This document shows positions 24,271-36,772 of a DNA stretch of 64,000 bases, piece after piece. Positions within the stretch are counted from its first letter, which is position 1. Each line of letters starts with the position of its first letter. The notes below the pieces were generated by a model. That model was not told where the DNA came from. It searched no databases and was given only the letters and a program-made list of their open reading frames with translations. This DNA comes from Tubulanus polymorphus (Eukaryota; Animalia; Nemertea): contig NC_134026.1 of NCBI RefSeq assembly GCF_964204645.1, positions 8,951,950 to 9,015,949 on the forward strand. The letters run 5' to 3'. Made by a program: the position numbers and the translations under genes.

Positions 24271-25415
24271 AGCGCTTAGAATAAGAGCTCGATAACACCC
24301 AGCCTATATAACTACTAGCTCTAGTTTGTTTATCAAAACACCTGTTGCCAGCGTTGCCATAGCGGCAGACGATGCCTGTTGAAACAGGACGTATTGCACC
24401 ATACTGAATCACCGCAGACATATACTGTTGAGACAGGATGCATTGCAACATACTGGATCGCCGCACCCGCACCTATCCGCGGCACCTATCTTTAGGTAAA
24501 GAAAATGTCATACTGATCAAGAAGTCAATTGTCTTTTGCAAGTCAAACACCGGAAAGTGAGGAACCAGAAACGATGGATGTTAACACACCATCTCAAGAG
24601 ACTGTAAAAGATATAGACGACAAAAATATCGAAAAGCTTAAAAAACATTTGGATTACTATAAACAATTAGTAACAATTGTGGACGAAATAATAACAACTA
24701 AACAATCAACGATTCGAGAATTGCCGAAAATACCAACTCCGAGTTTAAAAACATTATTAGGAATTAAAGACAATTGAAACATTGTTATCGAAACAAACAA
24801 ATCATCTTTGGGATTTTATAATCTTTGGGAATTAAAGGGTTTGTTCTTTATCATTCTATCCAAACTGTATCCAAACGGGGCTCTCGATCTAGGCTCCGGC
24901 TTGTCAGTTCGGCCATTTTGCAGCAGCAGGAGCAGTAATAAAGCGACAGCAGCAGTACAGAGCATACATTGAAACCTACAAAACTACGACTTGAACTACA
25001 ACTTCAATTCGGTCTAAGTGAGGACCTAAGACTATTCCCGACAAAACGTAGTATTAGCTTACATCTTCAAGAATGGGCTGATCTCAACTGGCATAGGGAT
25101 AAGTTTCGTCATCAATTCATTGCAAGTATTGCACCAAGTGTGGAGGGGTCTTTTCATCAACGGGGTATAGAGATTGCGACTAGCAGCACAAGCAGATTTG
25201 GTGAACACTGAGCTGGACGCCAAACAATTCCTTCAGGGTGAGGGTAAAGGTATAAAAGTCATAGATGCATAGGATTTCTCTCTCGAAACACAATTAGGAG
25301 TTACAGTTTACAGTTCTAAATGTAAGTACCGTTTTTGTTGTTATCAAGACGTCGGGAAAGGTGTTACTTAATATGTTTAAGTGCTGTAATTCATATTTGA
25401 CAACTTGAACAATTT

Positions 25416-26090
25416 GAAAATGTCATACTGATCAAGAAGTCAATTGTCTTTTGCAAGTCAAACACCCGAAAGTGAGGAACCAGAAACGATGGATATAAAC
25501 ACACCATCTCAAGAGACCGTAAAAGAGATAGACGACAAAAATATCGAAAAGCTTAAGAAACATTTAGATTACTATAAACAATTAGTAACAATTGAGGACG
25601 AAATAATAACAACTAAACAATCAACGATTCGAGAATTGCCGAAAATACCAACTCCGAGTTTAAAAACATTATTAGGAATTAAAGACACTAGAAGCACATT
25701 GAGTGGTTATGAACACCACGAATACTTGAAATCAAAATTAACGGATTATAGAGATTTGTCAAACTTTCAAGAAATAGATGCGCATTCATTTTCGGAAATT
25801 AGTGATTTATTAAAATCTGAGTATGAAACATTGTTATCGAAACAAATAAATCATCTTTGGGATTTTATAATCTTTGAGAATTAAAGGGTTTGTTCTTTTT
25901 CATTCTATCCAAACTGTAAATATTTCATGGACTACTTGGGTTAAATAAAATATATGTATTAGTGTTGAGTATGAACGAAAAATTAGAAGAATTGGAAAAT
26001 TATACTCCTTTAAAAAATTTCAATTATTGGGTTTGCCATTTGCTACCATTATTAGTCATTTGAATGAAAATGAAAAATTCTTTGAAAATT
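25416..26090 (+). pseudogene. Uncharacterised repeated ORF ('ORF A') of the hairpin-ended element family
   Basis: KLKKHLDY...LWDFIIF...YERKIRRIGKL; homologues at 21620-21940, 24499-24870, 34288-35037 and 50708-51365. Confidence 0.65.
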
Positions 26091-26769
26091 ACACCACATA
26101 AACTCACAGGTTGTCACAATGAAAAGGAAGATAAAACTGTTTCACAAGTAAGAAATTTGCCTGTGCTTCATTTGCTATTTTCTAACGCTGCTGATTTGAA
26201 GAAGACAAGAGGGAATGAGTTATCTAAAGCACCTATGATCGAGGTTCTTCCTCTTAAACTAAATAAAGAATCTTGGGATTTGGTTGCGTCTAAAAACACA
26301 AGAGTTTTGATAGACCATAAAAAACGTGCTTCACCGCATAAGTTTATTTGTCGATTTGTTGGCCTCTAAGGCTGACGCATCAAAAAGTGAGCTCACTAAA
26401 GAGAATCTGCGCATTATCATTTACCGTCACCTACTTCTAGGGTTATAATATCAGTTCCTACTATTCTAGGTATAACTGCGCTTGCTATTTTTAATATATA
26501 TTTTTTCATGATAAGGTATAATCCGGGGGCAAATTTTTTCTATAGCTGGCTTGTTTTATAGCATGGAATAAATTGTTTTGGGTTGTAGCGCTGTGCAGAT
26601 TTTCTTTTAGATATCTATGGAATTTCGATCGGGGACTATGGTTGATCAAGAACCAGATGGGGAACAGTTGCCAAATCCTGTGGACATCTCTTTTGTTTGA
26701 TCAACTACGCATTATTTAGATGGGGGGAACTTCTGCGGGTGCACTCTAAATGATTCCAAAACATATCTT

Positions 26770-26940
26770 ACCCCGTCAATTCATCTTCGGTGTACAAGAC
26801 ATTTTAAGAAAAATCTATATTCCAAATTAAGTAGCTTAGATTTGAGTTAAAACATTTCAAATGAAATCATTGATAGTATTTTTGGAAATGATGACGTTAA
26901 TGGATTAATTGAAGCAACCTCTCCAAAGGGTTGTGAGTTA
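26770..26940 (+). mobile_element. MULE transposase fragment
   Basis: HLRCTRHFKKNLYSKL...IIDSIFGNDDVNGLIEA (CxxH motif), same type as 62480-62890. Confidence 0.5.
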
Positions 26941-27219
26941 CGTTTTCTAGCTATCTGTTGGCTGGGATGAACTAGACCACTCAGAGAAATTTTCTGATTT
27001 CATAAAAATAATTTAACAATGATACACCAGGGACAGTGAAGATAAATCGTAAGAAGTCGTCAACCTTAGAGATTGACACTAGGCTCGTTGTACGAAAGGA
27101 GCCCCTAACCCTGGTGGCACGGAAGTGGAGCCACCAACGACGGCAGCAGTTGGGGTTGGCGGAACCTCCACCACCACCACCAGCAGCTCCAGAGAACATC
27201 GAACAACAGCCTCCGAGTG

Positions 27220-27650
27220 GCAAAAAATCGAACGCATTGACATACATACTTTCGAACTAAGTGATGACCTACGACTATTCCCGACGAAACGTGGTATTAG
27301 TTTACATCTTCAAGAATGGGTTAATCGCGACTGGCATAGGGATAAATTCCGCCATCAATTCATTGCAAGTATTGCGTGTGTGTTATTATTACTATCATTA
27401 TCATTAGTAATATCATTCTACCACCTCTCATTTTTAGATGACTCAAAGACAAATTGACAATTGAAAATTTTAATAGGTTCAGTAGAAGGTCAACCCCTGA
27501 GGGAAAGATTTCCTTGCGGTCAGTGCAGGGCAATACTTGCCCATAAAAGATCCCGATCACACCATGTGAGGCGCGTATGCACTAATTTCAAACCAATATG
27601 CACCAAGTGCGGAGGGGTCTTTTCGTCAATGGTGTATAGAGATCATCACT
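27220..27650 (+). pseudogene. PC4-like ssDNA-binding fragment followed by C2H2 zinc fingers (Maverick/Polinton-associated)
   Basis: RIDIHTFELSDDLRLFPTKRGISLHLQEW resembles the PC4 core; FPCGQCRAILAHKRSRSHH...CTKCGGVF. Copies at ~25010, ~28465; finger region also at 46030-46200 next to the packaging ATPase. Confidence 0.6.
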
Positions 27651-29892
27651 AGCAGCACCAGCAGCTCCAGTGAACACTGAGCTGGATGCCAAATAATTCC
27701 TTCAGGGTGAGGGTAAAGGTATAAGAGTCTGCCCCTGCACAATCAATGCGATCACGATCAGTCTCATCCTGTGCTAGAGAACTTTTTTTCAACAATCACA
27801 AGGATATTCTACGCTTCTGTGATATAGGGTACCAGGAATAAGGCCTATTCGAGGGCGCTCTCGATCTAGGCTCCGGCTTGTCAGTTCGGTCATTTTTCAG
27901 CAGCAGGAGCAGTAATAACGCGACAGCGGCAGTACACAGCATACATTGAAACCAACAAAACTACGACTTCAAACCTGTGCAACTTTTAAGATACTGGCTA
28001 AAATAAGTAATTGCCACAAGACTCTAACCACACCTATCTATTCCCAGTTAACCTGCCTGTTACCTTATCATTCTATGAGAATATGCCAATAAACCAGAAA
28101 CGGGAGCTTCTTGATCTGCAATCCAACTCATCCAAAATCCACCGGGTGGTACCACCCAATATCCAGATAAGAAAGGACAAGTGGGACAAAGTAGCCGACA
28201 CAAAGGAAAAATTACCGCCAGTTTTCGGAAAGTTTCTGTGAAAGGGCACAAAGATGTCGAACTCCTTGCCACAAAGGCAGAAGTGCTGATGTCATCTGGC
28301 CGCAAAATACAATAAAATTCATTTCTGGGTATACCTCAATCAGATCTAATAAGAAGAAGCGTGTGTGCAAACGGCTGTTAAACTGGACGAATCTAAAGAA
28401 CAATAGGAATATTTTAAAACGTATAAAGGCACCATGTCGGCAATTTAGTATTTGCATGTGTCAACGACTATTCCCGACGAAACGTGGTATTAGCTTACAT
28501 CTTCAAGATTGGGCTGATCTCCACTGGCATAGGCATAAGTTTCGCCATCAGTTCATTGCATGTGGGTTATTACTATTATTATTATCATTATCATTAATTA
28601 TATCATTCTATCTCCTTAAATTTTTAGATGATTCAACGACAAATTGATGAGAAACTTTTACTAGGTTCAGTAGCAGGTCTACCCATGAGGGAAAGATATA
28701 AAAGTTGCCCATAAAAGTTCACGATCACGCCATGTGAAGCGCATATGCACTAATTTCAAACCAATATGCACCAAGTGCGGAGGGGTCTTTTTGTCAACGG
28801 CGTTTAGAGATTGCGACTAGCAGCACCAGCAGATCTGGTGAACACTGAGCTGGACGCCAAACAATTCCTTCAGGGTGAGGATAAAGGTATAAAAGTCTGC
28901 CCTATTGCGCAATCAATGCGATTGCGGTCAGTCTCATCCTGTGCTAGAGAACTTTTTTTCAACAATCACAAGGATATTCTACGCTTCTGTGATATAGGGT
29001 ACCAGGAATAAGGCCTATTCGAGGGCGCTCTCGATCTAGGCTCCGGCTTGTCAGTTCGGTCATTTTTCAGCAGCAGGAGCAGTAATAACGCGACATAAGT
29101 CATAAACATAAGTCGTTATGTTTGTGCTTTGATTAGTAATTGCCACAAGACTTTAACCACACCTATCTATTCCCATCCAGTTAACCTGCCGGTTTCCTAA
29201 TCATTCTATGAGAATATGCCAATAAACTAGAAACGGAAGCTTCTGGATCAGCAATCCAACTCATCCAAAATCCACCAGGTGGTACTACAAATGTGAACTA
29301 ACTGAGGTATGTAACATTAACTCTATTACATAAATTGTCATGGTCATCTCTGCATTTATATTTGTTTCTCCTCTGTACTTGCAGGGAGATGTACCTCAGC
29401 CGGTCAAAGATTTGGCGCCAAAATATGATGAAAAATCTCCGGTAGCTGATACGCGAATTGCTCGGGGTTTGTACATTTTTTTTTTCAAACTTTGACATGA
29501 AATATGATTTGGAATCCGGTGTTTTTATTTCGAATTTCTCAGGCCATTTTCTTATTTTCACAGGTTTCAATCTCAAATGCTCATGACATGTTCTATCATG
29601 ATGGTGAATTTCAATATTTTCATATAATCTGATATATGATCTGCCTAAAAGAGGAAGGAACACAGATTTCAATCTTGAGAAAAAGGAACAACATTCCACT
29701 TGTGTCATGATGTAGCCTTTTGGCTATAAAACCCGGAGACATAGGAGCCTTTCTCGCTCTTTTGGCTCTCGTTCTCTCTCTGAGCTCTATAACTCTCTCA
29801 GTATTATATATAAATAAAACTTAACATTATCATAACATCGTTTGTATTTGGCATTCCTGGGCTAGGACTCTGTATCAACTCTGCACAGTACT

Positions 29893-30910
29893 CTATGGAG
29901 GTACACAAATGGCTAGCCGGCATGCAGAACCTAATTGATTGATGGGTATCTGTCGATCAATTCAGAACCATCGCACATAATTTCCAAAACAATCGGTACG
30001 ATCCGAGATCTTCTTTCGATACATTATCCTGGATACACGATTTCATATTCGAATCCAGGACATTAATATCAAACACAAAACGGTCTCTACACAAGAACTG
30101 ACAAGGCAGTATACATAATTGTCAAATTCCCGATATCCGAAACCAGTACCATTTTCAATGTTTATTCCATTTCTGCAATGCCTGTGCCGGTCAATGCGTC
30201 CTCCCACAATTGCACATTGATCAAAAACCACCCTGGCTATATCGGTGTATCCCAATCTGGTGATTTTTATACAGAATTTAATTCCAAAGAATTCTTACTG
30301 TGTGAAGGAAAGGGAATTGAAGTCTGCCCCACTGCACAATCACTGCGTTCACGAGCCGTGCCGTCGTGTGCCAGCGGACTGTTCTTTAATAATCACAAAC
30401 ACACCATGCAATTTTGTGATATAAGGAGTCAGGCTTGTTTGAAGCTCGACCTCGGTTCCAGGTCATACCTGGTAAGTGGATGAGAGGCCTCTTGGCCTGC
30501 CCTGGTAAACCTGCACAAGCCATCCTTTCTTGCCCCATGTGTCTGATACGATTGCCCGGCGGTTGCGGAATCACATTGGCCACTTCAAAATTCTCGCATA
30601 AATAAGTAGTTGTCATAATTCCACCACTACACCAATACACTCGAACCCTGTTAATCTCCCGGTGATATTATCATTCTTTAAACATATGACCCTCGACTGG
30701 AAGGGGAAACTTTTGGATCCTGCTACACACTCATTGAAAATACACCAGGTATTCTCCGAAATTAAACTCATTAGGGATAAATTGGAGAATGTAGCCCACG
30801 TAGACCGAGGATTCCAGACAGATTTTAATAAGATTGCCGCAAGAGGGCACAAGAAAGTAGAACTCTTCGCCAACCAGGATGGTGCACTGGCTGCCCCGCT
30901 GCTGAAGAAG
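29893..30910 (+). mobile_element. Gypsy env-like ORF3 (degenerate)
   Basis: Cys-patterned ectodomain (MPVPVNASSHNCTLI...PGYIGVS...CEGKGIEVCP...SCASGLF...C); homologous sequence at 40880-41260 lies downstream of the integrase-chromodomain stop and a splice acceptor (TTCTCTTACAG, ~40251). Related pieces at 27670-28160 and 28840-29280. Confidence 0.65.
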
Positions 30911-31432
30911 TACCCCGATTGTGGGTACTACTTCCGCAGCATGAGGTACCATATCTCTTGTGTGCATCTGAATCATGCTTACACACAATAATAGAAAGAA
31001 TTGATTAATGTTCGAACCATACGTGATCATCGCGATAGTGTTTGTTTAGTTAATAACTTGAAGTTTCATATACACGTGTGCATACACAGGATTTGGTCAA
31101 CATATTTCTCTCATGAATATAATTCAGAGTTTTCGGTTTGTGAGGTAAATGTAATTTCCATTTTTTGTTGTTATTATGAAGTCGGGGGAAAGGGGCTACT
31201 TAGTATGAAACCTCGAAATATTTTTAAGTGCATTATTTTTTATTTGGCAACACATATATTGATTAAAGTTCGAGCTATGATTATTGATATTACTTCTTCA
31301 GCCTCAACACCTGAGAGTTTGCTATTCCAAAGAAGTGGCACTCATCAGAAGAGCATTCAAAGGTTTCCGCCAGGGTATTGATGATATCCGAAAAAATCGT
31401 CGGGTGAAACCCTGAGATAAAGGCTCTGGTCT

Positions 31433-31625
31433 GAGACTGAGGGGCAGCTGGCTTGTGTGAGGGCTGACCAGTCGACGGTGGAGGCTGAGGGGCTGCTGGC
31501 TTGTGCGAGGGCTGACCAGTCGACGGTGGAGACTGAGGGGCAGCTAGATTGTGTGATGGCTGACTAGTCAACAGTGGAGACTGGGGGGCTTCCGCCGTGT
31601 GCAAGAGCTGACCAGTCGGCAGTGG
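31433..31625. repeat. 48-bp minisatellite (second array at ~42508-42745)
   Basis: Unit GAGACTGAGGGGCTGCTGGCTTGTGCGAGGGCTGACCAGTCGACGGTG; a remnant also at ~32081-32130. Confidence 0.9.
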
Positions 31626-32080
31626 ATCTGATAAATCAAAGTTCTGTGACTGGCCAGGTAGTCAGTACTGGCTGATGATTTAGATTTTTTCGATGACGTG
31701 GTCTTCTTGGTATAAAACCTAGAGGAACACGACTCTTGCTCTCTTTTACTCACACCGTGGCAGTCATCAGGTCAGACGTTAAGATCCCATGAGATCACCT
31801 AGTTTAGTTGGAAAATTTGCATATATAGAGGTGATCGATAAATGGTGGAGGTCCCAGGCACACAACGACAACGACAAAACCAAGAATAATAACAGAACAA
31901 GAGGAAAGAATCAAAATGCAACACCAATATCCACTGAAACCAAACAGCATCAAAGAACGGCATCAACGGAAATAATTTTTTTGAAACGGCAGTGAAACTA
32001 AGTCACCATTATGAATGTGCCAGTACTTAATTATGATAGTCACAATCGGGCTTCATCTCCAGACTTTTTGTGCCAAATTC
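31625..32080 (+). mobile_element. Partial Gypsy LTR, tRNA-Ala-like PBS, leader and gag start
   Basis: Homologous to the LTR at 38045-38398; PBS TGGTGGAGG at 31843; ATG 32011 MNVPVLNYDSHNRASSPDFLCQI matches gag starts at 38550 and 42987. Confidence 0.8.
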
Positions 32081-32130
32081 ACTTGTGAGGGATGACCAAT
32101 CGACTGCGGAGACCAGTCAACAGTGGAGAC

Positions 32131-32896
32131 TTTTCCTTAGGGAAAGATTGGAGGCTAGTGAACAGTACATCCGAATTCTTGAGAGGAAAGTTTCTTACAT
32201 CAAGTACATTGTCCAAGCTATGTCATCTTTGTTTGTGCAGATTAACATGTTTAGGTTCTTTAAGGGATATAGAGCCAAAACAGCTCTTATATTCTTTTCA
32301 TTGATCTGTCATGGTGCCATTTACGCAACAGCATGTGAAAATGTACTACAAGCAGACACCATAACTGGAGAAAAGAGTCAACAAGTGTGGATACATATTA
32401 TGGATGAGGAACAATGTGTTAACATAGGATTACAGGCAGCCAGGAGACCTATACAATTTCATCTTGGAGAAGGACGGATAGCACAGGGAATAAAGTGTGA
32501 ATACCTGATACCAATGAAACTCCATCATATTGTTGTCTCTGAGTCAGCTTGCCCGGAGGAGAACCCAAGATATAGCACCATAGCCTCAGTATTTGTCACA
32601 CTGGAAGTGTGCTAAGGGGATGGGATAATGGATGCTATATTCTTGGAACTGGCCTCGTGGAAACCTGTGTCAACATAGCCAGCCACTCTAAAGAGGAGGC
32701 GAATTACGCCTGGGTTTATTCGATGAATCAGGTGGAGTTCGTCGCTGAATTAACAGTGGGAAAGGACTTGACTAAAAGCCATGCCACAATGATGGGAAAG
32801 GTTGAAGGACCTGGAGGATAAAAAATGGCACACTGTTAAAAAAACAGCTCTGGAATCTGGACATTTGAGGGAGAAGTTTGTAAAGTGATAGAGGGT
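32131..32896 (+). pseudogene. E: Endogenous flavi-like virus fragment: M C-terminus / signal sequence and N-terminal half of envelope glycoprotein E
   Basis: Hydrophobic KTALIFFSLICHGAIYA then Cys pattern C-x26-C...SESACP... and, after a frameshift, ICHTGSVLRGWDNGCYILGTGLVETC (32591-32668), matching the flavivirus fusion loop VCK...DRGWGNGCGLFGKG..VTC. Confidence 0.88.
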
Positions 32897-33260
32897 AGTA
32901 ATAGGGATTATACTCAGACTTGGGTTTCACTATCCAACTGAGTCTCAACTGATACATGGGACGCTCGAATTTATTTTTCATTTTTTACTCACTTGCCCCT
33001 TCAACCTTTGATATGAACCCCTATTATCCCTATTACTCTTATAATATTCATATATATGAATATGAATAACTTCTAAAATCAAATTTTAGTAAAAAAAAAT
33101 GGAGCCAGAACAATCACAAACTATCAATATTACAAATAAAACTGGTGTTATAAATATATACTACAAGAAATGTTCTAAATGTGAATTAGATAAATTAGCT
33201 ATAACAGAATTTAGTAAGCGTGAGATTAGCAAAGAGGGTTTTCAATATTGCTGCAAAATT
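32897..33260 (+). mobile_element. Damaged hairpin terminus plus truncated CxxC/HNH ORF start
   Basis: AGTAATAGGGA at 32897, partner arm ...TATTATCCCTATTACT at ~33037, then MEPEQSQTINIT...CSKC. Confidence 0.7.
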
Positions 33261-33269
33261 AGTATTAAA

Positions 33270-33940
33270 CTATTACTCAGGAAGATAAATATAATTATGA
33301 AGTACATTATAGAATGTTGAAGTTTTATTTGAATCAAGGAATGGTTCTAAAAAAAGTACATAGATATATTTCATTCAGTCAATGTAAATGGTTAGAAAAA
33401 TATATAGATTTTAACACCAAACAGAGAACTAAAGCTAAAACTGTTTTTGAGAAAGATTTCTTCAAACTAATGAATAATGCATTCTATGAAAATATTAGAA
33501 ATAGAAATGATATTGAGTTGGTTAGTAATGGTAAAAGAATTAGACATTTACAAACATATCCTAAATTTATTGGTAACAGAATATTTGATGAAAATTTAGC
33601 TGCAGTTAAAATGAGAAGAACTTCTATGAAATTTAATAAACCAATTTATATTGGAGCATCAGTTTTAGAAATATCAAAGCTATTGATGTATGAATTCTAT
33701 TATAACGTATTACAACCTCATTTAGTAGAAAAGCATATAGAAATCTTACATGCTGATACTGACAGTTACATATTAAAGATAAAAACTAATAACATAACAG
33801 ATGATTTGAAAACATTAAAACATCATTTTGATTTCAGTAATTCCTTTAAAGATCATGAATTGTTTAACAATGATAATAAAAAGGTGCCTGGTAAATTCAA
33901 AGATGAATTAGGAGGTGAAGAAATGATAGAGTTCATTGGA
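33270..33940 (+). pseudogene. Protein-primed family B DNA polymerase, C-terminal fragment (Maverick/Polinton type)
   Basis: YIDFNTKQR...FEKDFFKLMNNAFY, KPIYIGASVLEISKLLMYEFYY, DTDS, KKVPGKFKDE. Confidence 0.92.
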
Positions 33941-35329
33941 AGCTGTAACTATGTTATTTACAACAATTGGTTTAGCTATATCAAATTCATTTATGAAAAA
34001 CATGATTGTTTTCAATTGTAAAGAATTAATTAACTTCATCATAAAGAACGTCTGTTACCATCCAGGCAAACGTACAGAAATAATCAGTTTGGTCGAACGT
34101 GCGCCACGTCGGCAGTTAGAAATCAACATTCACATACATAGTACATATTGGATATTCTCTCTCAAAACACAGTTTACAGATCTAAATCTAAATTTAAGTA
34201 CCGTTTTTTGTAGTTATTATGAAGTAGGGAAACCTTTAAACATATTTAAGTACAGTAATTCATTTTCACGACATCTTTTAGATTAAAATGGAATACAAAG
34301 ATCGACCAGAAATTCCAAGACAACCATCGGAAGAGGAAAAAATGCTGCTGGATAGTTATTCACAGGATTCAACAGAAATGTAGGAGGAAGGAACTCAAGT
34401 TATTGACAATCAAACTATAAACAAATTACAAAAACATTTGGATTATCGTAAAGAAATGACGAAAATGTTGGGTGACGTAATTCATAATAAAAAATTACCA
34501 CGCGAACCACAATTACCAAAATTACCAACGACAAATCTGAAATTGCTGTTGGGGATCAAGGAATCTGAATTGCTGTCGGGACTCGAGAAATTGAAATGAG
34601 TGGAGAAGAGTTGAATAAGTTTTAAAAATCAAAATTAATTATTGAAACAGAACATTTAAATTTCCCAGAAATACGAAGTGAAGAAGTTAATTCATTTGAT
34701 AAAATTACTAATATATCAAAAATAAGTTATAAGACATTATTAAAAAGAAAAGCAAATCACTTATGGGATCACATCATTTTCGGGAGTTATTTGATTATAG
34801 GGTTTGACATGTTCGATAAAAAAAACTGAGGGGATTTCTTGGGGGGCTTGGGTAAAAAAGAATATAGAAATCAGCACCAGTTATGAAAGAAAACTGAGAA
34901 GAGTGGGAAGATTGATAGAATATGAAAAATTCCAATTATTAAGTTTAACATTTAGTGAAGTTGTCAACTATTTGCCAGAAATTGAAGAAATGATTGAAAA
35001 CGATTTAGTAATTAAAGAATTCTGGACAAAAATATAAATTATAACGCTGAAGATCTTTGTAATATAGATATCAAAAAATGTATTCTTGATTGTGTATATC
35101 TGCTTTAATATTGTATTGTTATGCATTAGTCGTTCGGTCGTTGTTGATGGCGACGGCTGTTCTGTATTGATTGGTTACTGTTCTATGTTTGAATGTTGTA
35201 GTTTACAGAATAAATTATATAATTGGCGCATGCACAGAAGCAAAAGCGGTCTTCTAGGACCGCTTTTCATTGTTCTATCTTCGATCACTAAAATTTGCAT
35301 AATAAATATATGTGTTTATGAAATTTGAA

Positions 35330-36420
35330 AGATCCTTATGCGCAAGGGTGCAACGAAAACTGTCAAGTCAATTACAGGATTGGCTAGGGTAGATTTTGAT
35401 TGTAATCTTTGGGAGAGGTCCAAGCATAACAATGTTTACCTGTTGCTTTTAAAGAATGGCAATGATTGGGAACTCAAAGTCATGCCAGAAGATCCAGCAA
35501 CCTTCTTGGACAGCCATATACAACAGAGATGGGAGGCATGGTACACAACCCTGAAAGAGATTTGAAGTGGGGAGAAGCGAAACCCAATGCTGCACATTTC
35601 TGGATTAAAACCATGGAAGGTAAGGATTATGAGATCAAACTTAAAACAAAAGAATTGTTAATGAGTGCTATCCAACAGGACTATGGTAAAGTCACAATTA
35701 AGGATTTGTATGTGTCTGTTGAGCTATCATGAAGACTAGGCATTAAGCCTACAAGATTGGAACTCGCTTCGACAACGAGTTGTAAGGGAGTGCCCTCAGT
35801 CAGAAGAAAAAGAGAGTGAAACTGATCAGATTCGTTTAGAGGATTTGGGACAAGAATCAATCCAGTGAATATGTATATGAAAAGGGACTACTATGTGAGA
35901 GTGGTGTACTATGCTTTTCCTTCTGGTGCTTTCTATGGACCTATGGATTATGCCGGGAGTAAGTATTCAGCGTCAGAGGTTGAGGCAGCTTATAGGACCC
36001 AGGTGCGTGGCAAGTGGGACATATATGGATACAACCACAATCATGTTTATAGTAACACCACCATATCATTCGACGGAAATTTTAGAGTGTATAGTTACAA
36101 CAACACTGAACAACCAAGAGGTGTTGTTGACAAACAGGGAGACCACTGTAAAGTCACATGGAAGGCAAACAATGGAACAATATCAAGTTCACACACTAAG
36201 GAACAAGTAGTTAGCATACAGAAGTTTGTCAAGGAGTTTGATGAATATGCTAAGCGTAACTATTATTATGAATGTTGAGCTTGAATATTATGCACCAATT
36301 GGCAATTTAACAAGGATGGGTGTCAGAATGAGTAAGATCAAAGTTGGTAGTGAAGAGTGGAAAGTGATTAGACCATTGAAAACCACTTTTTGTGAGACAG
36401 ATTCAGATTGTTTAAACTAG
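35330..36420 (+). pseudogene. NS1: Endogenous flavi-like virus NS1 (frameshifted)
   Basis: Ordered NS1 landmarks across frames: LKVMPEDPATFLDSHIQ (cf. YKFQPESPSKLASAIQ), RECP...IRLEDLG...NMYMK (cf. ECP...VEDYGFG...NIWLK), FYGP...YRTQVRGKW (cf. LAGP...YHTQITGPW), NTTI, VIRPLK (cf. MEIRPLK); ends TAG 36418-36420. Confidence 0.75.
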
Positions 36421-36772
36421 TTGAGATGGGACCACTACCGTCACCAAAAGGTGGTGCAAATGCTAAAGAAAGGAACATGGTAGCGGAGGCTAGGTGACGC
36501 GCTGGGATGGTTGTTGGTAATATAGTGAATAAATAGTAATATAGTGAAAAAACATAGAAAATGGCACTGAATGAATAATCGAACCAAACACTAGACTACA
36601 TAGAATAAATCTTATAGGAGCTAGTGGTCGCTATAGTGCAAAACAAAACTGTTCCCTTCCGGATATATAATCCGAATACACTAAGAATTCTGGTACAGCG
36701 TTTAATTTGGTTAATTTTGGTTTTGGAATGCGATTCACTGATCTTGCAGATCAGGCAGATGTGTTGATGGCA

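Noticed and set aside
31290-31604. Pro-rich repeat protein (HKPAAPQSPPSTGQPS), also 42366-42725
   Set aside because: Translation of a 48-bp minisatellite without supporting gene structure.
35865-36278. Jingmenvirus VP1 assignment
   Set aside because: Several ordered motifs fit NS1 better, and the piece lies between E and NS5.
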